Source: Ginkgo biloba (lineage: Eukaryota > Plantae > Ginkgophyta). Taken from it: a DNA stretch of 22,110 nucleotides. Below, one piece after another: positions 21,166 through 22,110 of this stretch. A model generated the notes under the pieces. It did not search any database. It was not told where the DNA came from and saw only the letters and a list, made by a program, of their open reading frames with translations. A program made the position numbers and the translations under genes. The stretch spans positions 79,679,215 through 79,701,324 of the forward strand of contig JANKJI020000002.1 in NCBI GenBank assembly GCA_024626585.2, given 5' to 3'. The first letter of the stretch is position 1. Every line of letters begins with the position of its first letter.

Positions 21166-22110
21166 AGGCTATAACCAAAATAGGAGGAAAAGATAAAACC
21201 CAAATTAATATAGTACTAACTAACTTATAAAGTGGTGTGAATATTATGACGTAGAAACACATGATAAAAGTAAATCAAAATATTATAATAAGGCCCTTAA
21301 ATATATTTAATACCATGGAATCACTTCCACTACTTAATAAGAGTCCCTTCTCACAAATCCACTTGTGAAACTAGTGAAGGCCCCTCATTCATTATCATAA
21401 CCTTTATGAATTCCAACACAATAATATAATGCTATATCCATTTACACATTATTTCCACTACTAGTGGAATATTTTCTATATCNNNNNNNNNNNNNNNNNN
21501 NNNNNNNNNTCAATGATCAATACCTAACCTATCCCCCTCTACTAGTATCGTATAAGTTAGGATTGAAGATGAAGTGATGATTACCATAATTCATTTAACT
21601 ATTCGGTAGGAGGATGAAGGAATGACCTTCAAACATGTTACAAAATCAATTTAGAAGTAAACCAAGGAGATAATCAAATTTATAATTGTATAAACACTAT
21701 ATTAGGATCTCTCTATCTATTAGTACAGTCATCAAACTGAGCACAATACAAAAATATGGAGTATCATGTAAATGTGCATTATTATAGAGAATAACATAGA
21801 ATTTGATGCCTCTAGAGAACATAAAATTGTGATAATATATTAATATAACATAAAATATTATGGATCACAAATACACAATGTGTTGCATAAAAGACTGGAA
21901 CTAAAAAAAAAACTCAAAAAGCATGTGACTTCGTACATGGCTAAAAAATTATGTCCTACATAAGTCTATGGAAATGCCAATAATTTAATAATATTTAAGA
22001 ATATACTCTATAAACTCATATGATTTTACAAAAGGATCAAGAATAACCTTTTCAAAAATATTCTAAGATCAACCATATGCTTCACAAGAAATAATTGGAC
22101 AAGAAAATAA

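Noticed and set aside
1-22110. Fungal RIP as the cause of decay
   Set aside because: The retroelement motifs are plant non-chromovirus Gypsy type, CpA remains common, and CG/CHG loss explains the pattern. Not formally computed.
21166-22110. Copia or host-gene fragment
   Set aside because: No recognisable motif in the frames I examined; left unassigned.

Overview
This window is gappy, AT-rich eukaryotic repeat DNA with strong CpG/CHG depletion. It is most likely plant heterochromatin; a large-genome plant such as a gymnosperm is my inference from the Gypsy motifs and the decay pattern. I see no intact gene, RNA gene or CRISPR array. Recognisable content: (1) a decayed minus-strand Ty3/Gypsy internal region, gag?-PR-RT-RNaseH-INT (~4050-8560); (2) a second, different plus-strand Gypsy element with a ~0.8 kb LTR pair and an integrase remnant (9058-11850); (3) three diverged copies of a long (~1000 codon) minus-strand pseudo-ORF with a Plant Mobile Domain (PMD)-like N-terminus (1-~1400, 13480-16391, 16492-18715); (4) three arrays of a ~149-150 bp quasi-palindromic tandem repeat, each ending in the same ~115 bp cap with a sharp ...AACA terminus. 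The most interesting hypothesis is that (3), (4) and 12423-13450 form one ~5 kb giant LTR carrying its own gene and flanking gag-pol (1). Five exactly-100-N gaps make long-range order uncertain. All translations were done by eye, and boundaries are approximate.
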